The translations under genes were made by a program, and so were the position numbers. From Occultella glacieicola (GTDB lineage Bacteria > Actinomycetota > Actinomycetes > Actinomycetales > Beutenbergiaceae), in the NCBI RefSeq assembly GCF_004353825.1, contig NZ_SMNA01000016.1, forward strand, positions 62,001-101,640: 39,640 bases of DNA, read 5' to 3'. How positions within the stretch are numbered: position 1 is the first letter of the stretch; each line of letters begins with the position of its first letter. The notes beneath the pieces are model-generated. The model was not told where the DNA came from and did no database searches. It worked only from the letters and a program-made list of their open reading frames with translations. Of the stretch, positions 26,608 through 36,300 are shown piece by piece.

Positions 26608-26644
26608 TTGCGTCACTGACCCGGGTGGCGGGTCAGTGACGCAA
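26608..26644. repeat. REP-like palindrome, copy 1 (may also terminate the protease transcript)
   Basis: TTGCGTCACTGACCCG-GGTGG-CGGGTCAGTGACGCAA: perfect 16-bp stem; same arms recur at 39390. Confidence 0.8.
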
Positions 26645-26684
26645 ACCACGGACATGGGTCCCCGAGGTGGTGATCGCCGGCGGT

Positions 26685-27164
26685 CTACCCGGTCGCCTTG
26701 TGCAGGCGCCGGATCGACCTCGGTGGCCGGGGGCCGAGGTAGGAGCGGCCCGGGTCGACGAGGAAGCCCTGGCGCAGGGCCTCGCGCCCGATCAGCATCC
26801 GGAAGCCCATCCGGTCCCGGTTGCTCAGGGTGACCTCGGCGGTGATCGGCCGCTCCGCGACGACGAGATCGAGGAGCACGACGATGCGGCGCTGAGCGTG
26901 TCCCGAGGAGCTGCGCACGAGCCGCCGGTCATGCACCGGGAGGGCAACCTCGACCTCGTCCCTCGATGAGTTCTGCAGGGGGTGCAGGGTGAACGAGACC
27001 CAGGGGTCGCCGTCGCGCTCGAACTCACTCAGACCGAACGCGTGGAGGGCGCTGGATCGGGCGCCGGTGTCGATCTTCGCCTTGATCCAGGGCACCCCGA
27101 TCCCCGGCAGCGCGACCCACTCGCGCCATCCCGTCGGGGTGCTTAGATGGGTCGGCCCTCTCAC
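26685..27164 (-). CDS. RimK-associated retropepsin-like protease (RimB-like, 'ATP-dependent zinc protease' family)
   Basis: GWREWV.LP, AKIDTGARSSALH, VRSSSG, TL.NR..M.F.MLIGR. Confidence 0.88.
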   Translation of the reverse strand: MRGPTHLSTPTGWREWVALPGIGVPWIKAKIDTGARSSALHAFGLSEFERDGDPWVSFTLHPLQNSSRDEVEVALPVHDRRLVRSSSGHAQRRIVVLLDLVVAERPITAEVTLSNRDRMGFRMLIGREALRQGFLVDPGRSYLGPRPPRSIRRLHKATG

Positions 27165-27189
27165 CCCGACATCCTCGCAGGCGAACAGC

Positions 27190-28380
27190 ATGAAACTGGC
27201 GATCCTCTCGCGCGCGCCCCGCGCCTACTCCACCCGGCGGCTCAAGACCGCCGCGCTCGATCGTGGCCACGACGCCAAGGTCCTGGACACGTTGAGGTTC
27301 GCCATCGACCTGTCCGGTCCGGAACCGGATCTGCAGTTCCGCGGTAAACCGATCTCCGACTATGACGCGATCCTGCCGCGGATCGGCAACTCGATCACCT
27401 ACTTCGGTACCGCCGTCGTGCGGCAGTTCGAGCAGATGGACGTGTACACGCCGAACACCGCGAATGGGATCTCGAACGCGCGCGACAAGCTCCGGGCGAG
27501 CCAGATCCTCGCGCGGCACCAGATCGGCATGCCGGCGACGGCGTTCGTGCGCAACCGCGCGGACGTGCGGCCGGCGATCGAACGGGTCGGCGGGGCGCCC
27601 GTGGTGATCAAACTGCTCGAGGGCACGCAGGGCATCGGCGTGATCCTGGCCCCGGGTGTCAAGGTCGCCGAGGCGATCATCGAGACCCTGCACAGCACGA
27701 AGCAGAACGTGCTCATCCAGAGCTTCGTGGTGGAGAGCAAGGGCCGGGACGTGCGCGCCCTGGTGGTGGGCGACCGCGTGGTCGCCGCCATGCGCCGGAC
27801 GGCGCACGGGGACGAGTTCCGGTCGAACGTGCACCGGGGCGGTTCGGTGGAGCCGATCACCCTGGATGCGGCGTTCGAGGAACTGGCCGTGCGGTCGGCG
27901 CAGATCATGGGGCTGCGGGTGGCCGGCGTGGACATGCTCGAGGGGGCCGAGGGGCCGCTCGTGATGGAGGTCAACTCCTCCCCGGGCCTGGAGGGAATCG
28001 AGACCGCGACGAATCTGGACGTGGCCGGTGCGATCATCGACCACATCGCCGACCAGGTCGCGTTTCCGGAGATCGACGTGCGGCAGCGGCTGACCGTCTC
28101 CACCGGCTACGGCGTCGCGGAACTGTTGGTGCACACCGGCGCCGACCTGGTCGGGCGCACCATCGGCGACTCCGGCCTCGAGGACCGGGACATCACCGTG
28201 CTGACGCTGCACCGGGGTACCGCGGTGATCCCGAACCCGCGGCGACGCACCGTGCTCGAGGCGGAGGACCGGCTGCTGTGCTTCGGCAGACTGGAGGAGA
28301 TGCGGTCGATGATCCCGGCCCGGCGCAGCCGTCGCCGTAAGGTCCGCACGCTGCCGCCCGGCCCGCTCCTCGAGTCATGA
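27190..28380 (+). CDS. rimK: RimK-family alpha-L-glutamate ligase with C-terminal RCK_C/TrkA-C domain
   Basis: MKLAILSR..YSTRRL, ILPRIG.SIT, RDKLR, IKLLEGTQGIGV, FRSNVHRGG, EVNSSPGLEGIE, then VGRTIGDSGL..VLTLHRG..PNP..VLEAEDRL. Confidence 0.9.
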   Translation: MKLAILSRAPRAYSTRRLKTAALDRGHDAKVLDTLRFAIDLSGPEPDLQFRGKPISDYDAILPRIGNSITYFGTAVVRQFEQMDVYTPNTANGISNARDKLRASQILARHQIGMPATAFVRNRADVRPAIERVGGAPVVIKLLEGTQGIGVILAPGVKVAEAIIETLHSTKQNVLIQSFVVESKGRDVRALVVGDRVVAAMRRTAHGDEFRSNVHRGGSVEPITLDAAFEELAVRSAQIMGLRVAGVDMLEGAEGPLVMEVNSSPGLEGIETATNLDVAGAIIDHIADQVAFPEIDVRQRLTVSTGYGVAELLVHTGADLVGRTIGDSGLEDRDITVLTLHRGTAVIPNPRRRTVLEAEDRLLCFGRLEEMRSMIPARRSRRRKVRTLPPGPLLES

Positions 28381-28452
28381 GGCGGGCGGCGCCCAGCCAC
28401 CGGGGCCGGCCAAGGGTCGGCGTTTGCAGCGGTCCGGGCAGCGCGCGTGGGC

Positions 28453-29502
28453 TCACTTCTTCCGGCTCGTCCCCTTCGTCTGGGCCTTCTTGGCCGGCGA
28501 CTTCTTGGCGGCCGCCTTCTTGGCTGTGGCTGATATCGCGGTGTCCTCGGACGGGCCGATCGGTCCGTAGAGCGGCTGCGGCTCGGCCATCTCGAGGTCC
28601 GCGGTCGCCTGGATCAGCGCCAGGAGTTCGGTGTCGAGGCCCGGCGAGAACTCCTCGAAGCGCTCCGGGGCGATCTCCGAGGGCACGCCGGCGGGCGCCT
28701 GCTCGCTCGCGTCGAGTTCGGTCCCGTCGTTCGAGGGTGACATCCCGCGGAAGATCTTGCCTGCCTCCGACGCGCTCGTCAGGTCGAACGTGTACTGCTT
28801 GCTCTGCAGCCCCAGGTCGAGGAGCTTCTTGACCTCGGGGAACTTCTCGGCGTTCGTCTTCGGGATCGGCAACACCTTGGCCCAGTTCACGCCGAGCGTC
28901 TCGAGTGCCCGCGCGTACGCGTTCTCGTGCGCCTGGTCGCGGACGATGAGGTAGGAGATGGTCGACCGTGCGGTCTTGTTCGCCGTCATCTCGTAGATGC
29001 GGCACTTCTGGAGTCGGCCGGTGGACTCGAGCATGAGGTTGTACAGGAGGTCGAGAACGAGATTGCCGGAGTTGTAGACGTAGCTGCCACTCCAGGGGTT
29101 CCCGGCCGCGTCCACCGGAAGGGCACCTTGGGCCGCCACCAGATAGTGGTGGATGTTGCTCTGGTCGAGGGCGATGTTCAGCGGTGCCGCGCCGCCGGCG
29201 CCGGGGGTGTCCAGGGGATCAGTCTCCTTGCCGTTGTACCGCGGCGACCCGTCCAGGAGCCGCGCGATCGTCGTTCCGATCAGCTCGACGTGACTGATCT
29301 CCTCCGTGCCGATGCCTTGGAGCAGGTCGCGGTAGGGCTTTCCGGCCGGTCCGCGGAAGTTGATGCTCTGGAAGAGGTACTGCATCATCGTGCGCATCTC
29401 ACCGAACTGGCCGCCGAGGCCCTCCTGGAGAGCGTTGGCCGCGGCCGGGTCCGGCTCGTCCGGCACGATTTCGTTGATCAGGCGTTGCACGTGCAGGTAC
29501 AT
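28453..29502 (-). CDS. Manganese catalase family protein
   Basis: LQEGLGGQFGEMR..QY, GTEEISHVE, GNPWSG.Y, NL.LE, LIVRDQAH; GGGGAG before ATG 29502. Confidence 0.92.
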   Translation of the reverse strand: MYLHVQRLINEIVPDEPDPAAANALQEGLGGQFGEMRTMMQYLFQSINFRGPAGKPYRDLLQGIGTEEISHVELIGTTIARLLDGSPRYNGKETDPLDTPGAGGAAPLNIALDQSNIHHYLVAAQGALPVDAAGNPWSGSYVYNSGNLVLDLLYNLMLESTGRLQKCRIYEMTANKTARSTISYLIVRDQAHENAYARALETLGVNWAKVLPIPKTNAEKFPEVKKLLDLGLQSKQYTFDLTSASEAGKIFRGMSPSNDGTELDASEQAPAGVPSEIAPERFEEFSPGLDTELLALIQATADLEMAEPQPLYGPIGPSEDTAISATAKKAAAKKSPAKKAQTKGTSRKK

Positions 29503-29653
29503 GGTGGTCTCCCCTTCGAAACGTTGGCTGGAGTGAACTGTGAACCCGGTTCGCCGCGCGCGCATCCTGGAGGAGAGCCGGGGTCGGCGCGCGCGCCTAT
29601 GCTCGGATCCGGCGCCGCATCCGGTGGCGGACCACGAGGGAGGCTGGGTGGGC

Positions 29654-30838
29654 GTGCGGGATCTGCGGATCGGAGTCGTCGGGTTCGGGGCGAGGGGCCC
29701 ATTGGCGCTGGAAGCGCACCGGCCCGGCGCGGGCGCCGTGGTGGTGGCGGTGTGCGACCCGAGCGAACGTGCCCAGGCCCAGGCGCGAGAGGCGTTCCCG
29801 GGGGCTCCGGTCACCACCGACCTGGCCGAACTGTTGGCGCACGGTGTGGATGCGGTCATGGTGCTCACTCCGGATGATCGGCACGCCGCCCCGGTCCTGG
29901 CCGCGCTCGAGGCGGGCGTGGCGGTGTTCTGCGAGAAGCCGCTCGCGGTCCGGATCGAGGACACCGACCGGATCCTGACCACCGCTCGTCGCACCGGCGC
30001 CCGCCTGTACGTCGGCCACAACATGCGGCACATGCCGGTGATCACCGTGATGAAGGAACTCATCGACTCGGGCCGGATCGGCGAGGTCAAGGCCATCTGG
30101 TGCCGGCACTTCGTGGGCCACGGCGGCGACTACTACTTCAAGGACTGGCACGCCGACCGGAGTCGGAGCACGAGTCTGCTGCTGCAGAAGGGTGCCCACG
30201 ACATCGACGTCATCCACTGGCTGGCCGGCGGCTACACGCGCCGGGTGGCGGCCGTGGGCGCGCTCACCGTCTACGGCGACATCACTGACCGCGCGGACCG
30301 GTCCGACCAGCGCATGACCGAGTGGTTCAGCCTCGAGAACTGGCCACCGCCGGAGCAGCGTGGCCTTCACCCGATCGTGGATGTCGAGGACCTGTCGATG
30401 ATGAACATGGTGCTCGACGGCGGGGTGCTGGCCTCCTACCAGCAGTGCCACTTCACGCCGGACTACTGGCGCAACTACACGGTGATCGGCACCGAGGGTC
30501 GGATCGAGAACACCGGGGACGCCGCGGGCGCGCGGGTCGACCTGTGGAACCGACGGCACGACGGCGCCGGTGAGCCGGACGAGAGCTTCGAGGTCCCCGC
30601 CGGGATCGGCGGCCACGGCGGCGCGGACTCGATGCTGATCACCGAGTTCCTGCGGTTCGTGCGTGAGGGCGGCCGGACCGAGACCTCCCCGGTGGCGGCG
30701 CGTGAGGCCGTGGCCGCCGGGATCGTGGCCACCGCGTCCCTGCGCGGCGACGGTTCCGCGCTCCCCGTGCCGCCGTTGGAGTCGGACCTGGTGGCCTACT
30801 TCGACGCCGGGCAGCCCGGCTCGAGATCGGCGCACTGA
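29654..30838 (+). CDS. Gfo/Idh/MocA family oxidoreductase
   Basis: IGVVGFG, TPD..H, FCEKPL, GHNMR, LLQKGAHDID, GGHGGAD; start 29648 or 29654. Confidence 0.92.
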   Translation: MRDLRIGVVGFGARGPLALEAHRPGAGAVVVAVCDPSERAQAQAREAFPGAPVTTDLAELLAHGVDAVMVLTPDDRHAAPVLAALEAGVAVFCEKPLAVRIEDTDRILTTARRTGARLYVGHNMRHMPVITVMKELIDSGRIGEVKAIWCRHFVGHGGDYYFKDWHADRSRSTSLLLQKGAHDIDVIHWLAGGYTRRVAAVGALTVYGDITDRADRSDQRMTEWFSLENWPPPEQRGLHPIVDVEDLSMMNMVLDGGVLASYQQCHFTPDYWRNYTVIGTEGRIENTGDAAGARVDLWNRRHDGAGEPDESFEVPAGIGGHGGADSMLITEFLRFVREGGRTETSPVAAREAVAAGIVATASLRGDGSALPVPPLESDLVAYFDAGQPGSRSAH

Positions 30839-30896
30839 CCGGGCGATTCCTCCGAATCACATATCCTGGTACGCCTGACCCCACCAAAGGGCACGC

Positions 30897-32921
30897 ATGG
30901 CACAGATGGCGTTGGGCTTCCCGCGCCAGGTGGCCGAAGCCAGGGACTGGCGCGAGGAGAGCGACGAGACCCTCCTCGACGAGGTCCGGGCCGGGCACGT
31001 GGCGGTCTTCGCCGTGCTCTACGACCGGTACCGCGACCAGGCAGTGCGCTCGGCCAGGCGCAACGGTGCCGGCGAGCACGCCGAGGACGTCGTGCAGGAC
31101 GCCTTCATCGGGGTGCTGCGGGCCATCCGCTCCGGTGGCGGGCCGACGCAGGCCTTCGCTCCGTATCTGTTCGGCGCCCTGCGGAACGTGGCGATCGACC
31201 GGTCCCGACGGGTCGGTGAGATCCCCGTCGACGATCTGGACGATGTCGCCGGGGTCGTGGAACCGATGGTGGTCGCCGACGCCAGTGACGATGTCCTGGA
31301 TCGGGGCATCGTCACCGACGCGTTCAAGTCCCTTCCGGCCCGCTGGCAGCAGGTCCTCTGGCTGACCGAGGTCGAGGGCTACGGTCCAGCTGCGCTGTCC
31401 GAGGAGATGGGGATCAAGCCGACGGCGGTGGCCGTGCTGGCCTCCCGGGCGCGGAGCGGGTTCCGGTCGGCGTGGTTGCAGGCACACGTCGGTGCCGGAC
31501 GCCGCACCGACCTGCCCGAGGAGTGCGCCAGGGTCGTCCCGAAACTGGGGGACTACGAGACCGGACGTCTCACCGCGCGGCGCAAGCTCGCCGTGCAGAA
31601 CCACCTCCAGGGGTGCGTGGACTGTAGCGCGGTCGCGCTCGAGTTGACGGCGGTCTCGGAGAAGTTCGGCGCCGTGCTCGTGCCGGTGGTCGTCACCCTG
31701 CCGCTGTTCTTCCTGACGTCGACGGCGCTCAAGGCCGGCGTCCTGATCGGCGGTGTCGCCGGCGCCGGCGCCGCGACGAAGGCTGCGGGTGCGGCCGGTG
31801 CGACGCTCGGCAAGGTCGGCGTGGCCGCCCGCACGGCGGGGCGGTTGGTCAAGGCGAACCCGATCGCCGCAGGCGCGACGGTGGCGATGGCCGGTCTGGC
31901 CGTGGTCGCGGCCGTCGCCTGGGCGAGCGAGCCGCCACCTCCCGACGCCGGCGCGGACCCGGGGACCAGCGTGGCCACCGGGCCCGACTCGAACGGCCCG
32001 ACGCCGACCGCCGATCCGACGGCGCCGGCTACGAACCCGCCGCCGTCCGGCTCGCCCACGCCCACCCCCGCCGCGCCGACGACCCCACCGCCGGACCCGG
32101 CCGGCCTGGTCTTGACGACGCCGGTGGCGGCGCCGAACCCGACGACGCCACCGGCCCCGGATCCCACGGACGGGGCGCCCGGGCCGAGCCCCACCGACGA
32201 GCCGCCCGCCCCGGAGCCCACCGGCGGGCCGGTCGACCCGGAGCCCACCGGCGGGCCGGTCGACCCGGAACCGACCGACGAGCCGGTTGATCCCGAACCC
32301 ACCGATGAGCCGGTCGACCCGGAGCCGCCCGCGACGCTGACGCTCCGTGGCACGCGAACGGGTGACGTGTTCGTCTCGCCTACGTTGTCCGGCGCGGGGG
32401 AGCCTGGGGCCACCGTGACGATCCTCGACGACGCAGGTGCCACCGTGGCGACCACCGTCGTCGAGGACCGCGGAGCCTGGTCCGCGACCCCGGACCCGGC
32501 TACGGTCGAGGGCCCGACCACCTACCGCGCACGGCAGACACTCTCCGATGGCGGCGTCATGCCTGCCGCGCAGACCGTTGGTCCCTACGTGTACCTGGCG
32601 CCCACGCTGATCGTCGAGGACGAGATCGAGTGGGGCTCTGGCGGGGACTGCGGTCCGGTTGACGGCGCCTACGTACCTGGCATCGACTTCTTCCTCGACG
32701 GCACACCGGGCGCGCAGGTCCGGTTCGTGCTCGATGGCGAGGTACGACCGACCATCCATACGCTGGTCGGGAGCGGTCTCGGGGTGTGTTGGCCGAGCGA
32801 GGGCGCCCCGGAACTCGATGACGGTGAGCACACCGTGGGCGTCCGGTACGTCGTCGAGGGAACCGATGCCATCGGTCGCCTTGCCCAGGTGTCGTTCATC
32901 GTGACCGGCGCCCCATCCTGA
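30897..32921 (+). CDS. ECF sigma factor fused to a zinc-binding anti-sigma motif, TM, Pro/Thr linker and Ig-like extracellular domain (ECF52/53-like)
   Basis: AEDVVQDAF (region 2), AFKSLPARWQQVLWLTEVEG..SRARSG (region 4), C..HLQGCVDC, hydrophobic segments, PEPT repeats, PTLSGAGEPGATVTI..GAWS. Confidence 0.88.
   Translation: MAQMALGFPRQVAEARDWREESDETLLDEVRAGHVAVFAVLYDRYRDQAVRSARRNGAGEHAEDVVQDAFIGVLRAIRSGGGPTQAFAPYLFGALRNVAIDRSRRVGEIPVDDLDDVAGVVEPMVVADASDDVLDRGIVTDAFKSLPARWQQVLWLTEVEGYGPAALSEEMGIKPTAVAVLASRARSGFRSAWLQAHVGAGRRTDLPEECARVVPKLGDYETGRLTARRKLAVQNHLQGCVDCSAVALELTAVSEKFGAVLVPVVVTLPLFFLTSTALKAGVLIGGVAGAGAATKAAGAAGATLGKVGVAARTAGRLVKANPIAAGATVAMAGLAVVAAVAWASEPPPPDAGADPGTSVATGPDSNGPTPTADPTAPATNPPPSGSPTPTPAAPTTPPPDPAGLVLTTPVAAPNPTTPPAPDPTDGAPGPSPTDEPPAPEPTGGPVDPEPTGGPVDPEPTDEPVDPEPTDEPVDPEPPATLTLRGTRTGDVFVSPTLSGAGEPGATVTILDDAGATVATTVVEDRGAWSATPDPATVEGPTTYRARQTLSDGGVMPAAQTVGPYVYLAPTLIVEDEIEWGSGGDCGPVDGAYVPGIDFFLDGTPGAQVRFVLDGEVRPTIHTLVGSGLGVCWPSEGAPELDDGEHTVGVRYVVEGTDAIGRLAQVSFIVTGAPS
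32184..32327 (+). repeat. 27-bp coding tandem repeat, about 5 copies (PEPTxxPVD)
   Basis: Units at 32211, 32238, 32265 and 32292, plus a degenerate unit at 32184. Confidence 0.9.
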
Positions 32922-33041
32922 CGTCCGCGAAAGTCCTTTCAGTTCTCGCGTTATAACCGACAGTCGCCTGCGTCTTGCTAGGTACGGGTGGCTTCCGGGT
33001 CGCCCGTGCAGGACGGACATCCGGGCGGGAGCGAGACGATC

Positions 33042-33242
33042 ATGACCGGGCGTGGGCAGGTCACAGTGCCGCAGGGGGGTACTGGGCGGCGCGCGCGCGA
33101 CCCCAGATCGCTCGTTCTCGGGCCGGGGTCCCCGCTCGACTGGGTGGAGCTCACATCGACACCGTCTCCCGCGTTCGAGGCGTTCCCGGCTGGGGGCCGT
33201 GGATCGAAAAAGGACGGTTGCGGCGTGAGCGTGGAGGGCTGA
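33042..33242 (+). pseudogene. Degenerate AbrB/MazE/SpoVT-type DNA-binding (antitoxin-like) ORF
   Basis: MTGRGQVTVP...L.LGPGSPLDWVE resembles the AbrB N-terminus but with an apparent insertion; no toxin follows. Confidence 0.5.
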
Positions 33243-33271
33243 CCTTCCGCACCTCCGGGGGTGTCTGCGGT

Positions 33272-33296
33272 GGCGGGGTGCCTGACGCACCCCGCC
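33272..33296. terminator. Hairpin between convergent genes
   Basis: GGCGGGGTGC-CTGAC-GCACCCCGCC, 8 bp past the helicase stop. Confidence 0.6.
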
Positions 33297-33304
33297 CCCG
33301 CCGG

Positions 33305-36300
33305 TCAGACCGCGATGAAGTAGGCGCCGCTCTCAGCGAGACGGCCCGACGCGAGCGCGGCACCCAGTTCGCTGTCGAGTCTGGACCGGATGCCGTCGGT
33401 CAGGCGAGAGCCACCGAACGTGGCGTTCGTCGCCCGGAGCAGTTCCTCGGCGGTGATGCCGGCAGCTGCCCGCGCCAGGTCCGCCATCGCATTCGTGACC
33501 TCGATGCTCGCGATGTGCTCCAGGGGGCGGACCGACACGTTCTCCTGGACCCGGTAACCGCGCCAGACGCCCGGGTCGCTGCCCCGCGGCCAGACGAAGC
33601 CGTCCCGCACCGCCAGATCCGTGGGGAGTTGCCCGAGGATCGCCCGGACCCGGGTCTCGGCGACCTTGGTCAGGCCGAAACTGTTCCCCACCAGGCGTGC
33701 GAGGCGTTCGGCATGCACCGGACCCTCCTGGGCCACGACCGCTTCGATCGCCTGGAGGATCTCGGCCCGAGCCCGCGCTGCGGGTAGCGCGTCCAACGTG
33801 GAACGTGCTCCGAGCGGCCGCCGGTCCCAGGGCTCGAACGGGGCGGCGAGGCTTGGCGAGGAGGTGGCTTCGGCCGTGTCGACGATCTCCTGCTCGACGA
33901 TCTCCTGGTCGACCATCTCCTGCTCGACCATCTCCTGCTCGACGATCTCCTGGTCGACCATCTCCTGCTCCGCCACCTCATGCTCGGCTGCGGCCGTCTC
34001 GGTCGAGCGGGTCGTCGCGAGGAGTCGCTCCGCCTCGCCGTCGGGATCCTTCAGCCAGGCGGGCAGCCACAACCGTTCGACTGTGGGCCACCGCATCATC
34101 ACCGAGAGCACGTCGACCGGAAGCCCGTCCCGGTCGCCGACCGTGCCCCGGCGCGCCCAGCCCGGACCGTCGAGAAGCACGGCCACGACGGGGTCCTCCG
34201 GGCGCTCCGGCAATGCGAGCGAGAGGTCCACCTTGAAGTCCGAGAGGCCGACGTCCGTGTGGACGATCAGGCCCCGTTCGCGCAGGGCCGAGGCGACCTG
34301 CTCCCGGTGCCGGTCCGCGATCACCGTGCGACGCGGCACCGACGCGATGGTGCCGAGCACCGCCGGCCCCTGGGCGGCCATGTCCAGGTAGTTCCGCAGG
34401 TGTTTGATCCCGACCGATGCCGTCTGCTCCGCACGCAGTTGCTCGGGGTCGAACGAGGAGAACACGACGACCTGCCGCCGTGCCCGGGTCACGGCGACGT
34501 TCAGACGGCGCTCGCCACCGGCGCGGTTCAGGGGGCCGAAGTTCAGCGGCAGGACACCACGTTCGTTCACACTGAACGCGGTGGAGAACAGGATCACGTC
34601 CCGCTCGTCGCCCTGCACGTTCTCGAGGTTCTTCACGAACAGGCCCTCGTCGTTGTCGTCGAGGGCGGCCAGCAGCCGGTCGTCGCCGGTGTCCCGCAGC
34701 AGGGACTCGATGTGGTTGCGCTGCTGGACATTGAACGTCACCACCCCGATCGACGGCGCGCGACCGGGGTGGGCATCGAACCGACGGACGACGTCGCCGA
34801 CGATCGCGTCAGCCTCGACGGGGTTGGTGCGCAGGAGACGGCCCTTGCCGGTCCGGTAGAAGTGCCCGTCCACGCGGACCAGCGACACGCCGATGCCGTC
34901 GATGTCCGGGGAAGCCGCGCCGTTGTTCGGGGCAGGGAAGGAGGAGAGCCGGTTCTCGTAGTAGTGCGCATTGCTGAACGCGATCAGTGACTCGTCGCGG
35001 CTGCGGTAGTGCCAGGACAGCCAACGCTGCGGTACCCGGGACTGGAGACACTCGGTGAGGATGGACTCCTCGTCGTCGACCACGTCCTCGACCGCCGTGG
35101 TGAACTCGTCGTCGCCGCCGTCGAACAGCGGCTCACCGAAGGATGTCGGCGGCATCTGCTTGCTGTCCCCGACCACGATGACGCCGTTCGCACGGCCCAT
35201 GGCGCCCACGGCGTCGGCGACGCGGATCTGGGAGGCCTCGTCGAAGACGACGATATCGAACTGGTCGGCGAGGGCCGGGAAGAACCTGGCCAGCGAGTCC
35301 GGACTGACCAGTACGCACGGCATGATCTGGGTGATGAGGTCGCCATAGGTCCGCAGCAGCGCGCGCACCGCGAGGCCGCCCCGCTGGCGGCCGAGCTCGC
35401 GACGAAGGGCGCCCACGCGCCCCCCGGCGTCGGGGTCGAACAGTCGCGAGTCCAGGACCTCACGCGGCACGATGGTGCTGAGGTGGTCCCGGACGTCGCG
35501 CGCCGAGGTCGTGAAGCGACTGATCGTGCGACCGTGCCCGATCGGGTCGAACCCGGCGAGGCCGGTCGTGCCGCCACGCTCGGCGATCGAGGCCTCAGCC
35601 ACCCCGAGGTCGAGCGTGCGGACCGCGTCATCGGCGTGCACCACGCCCTCGACCAACTCATCGCGAGCCGCCGCGAGCCCGACTGCCCGCAGCGGCTCCA
35701 AGCCACCGAGGAAGGCGGCCCAGCGCCGCGCCGCGAGGAGTTGCGGGTCGGCGAGGTCACGCGACGCGGAGGTCATCGCCCAGGTGCGCACCAGCCCGTC
35801 TCGGGCCGCCCACCGGGCGAACGGGTCCTCCGGTGCCCCCGGGGCGGCGGCCCCGACGAGCGAGTCCAGCTGTCCGAACGCGGCCAGAAGGTTTCGCAGG
35901 AGGCCGACGACGGTTGGATCGAGCTCGTGGGTCCGGCCCGCGTCGCGAGCGTCGAGGTAGGTGCGAAGTGCCGAGACCGCATCGGCCCGCGGGTCGGGCG
36001 TCAGGGCGACGGCGGCCCACTGCGACCAGCCCAGCTCGGCGTCGAGGTGATTGCGGTCACCGGCCACGAGGGGGTTCCAGTTCGGGGGCAGGTGCACACC
36101 GGGGGCGCGCTCGGCCAGTTCGCGGATCTGGGCTGCGGCGCGCACGGCGCCGGCGAGCATGGTCGTGACCTCGACGAGGTGCTTATGGCCGATCTCAGCA
36201 TCGGGCAGTAGCCCCGGACGAAGGGTCTCCAGGACCCCCTTCAGCCGTCTCCTGCGGCCGAAGAAGCCGGACGACGCCGCTGCCTGGGCGGCCGCGTGGA

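Noticed and set aside
29515..29527. TCGAAACGTTGG near the catalase start as a second LacI-type site
   Set aside because: Only half of the palindrome is present and it abuts the SD; insufficient support.
33879..33985. Regular repeats as a possible CRISPR array (also 18691-18823 and 32184-32327)
   Set aside because: Head-to-tail, in-frame coding repeats with no unique spacers and no cas genes.
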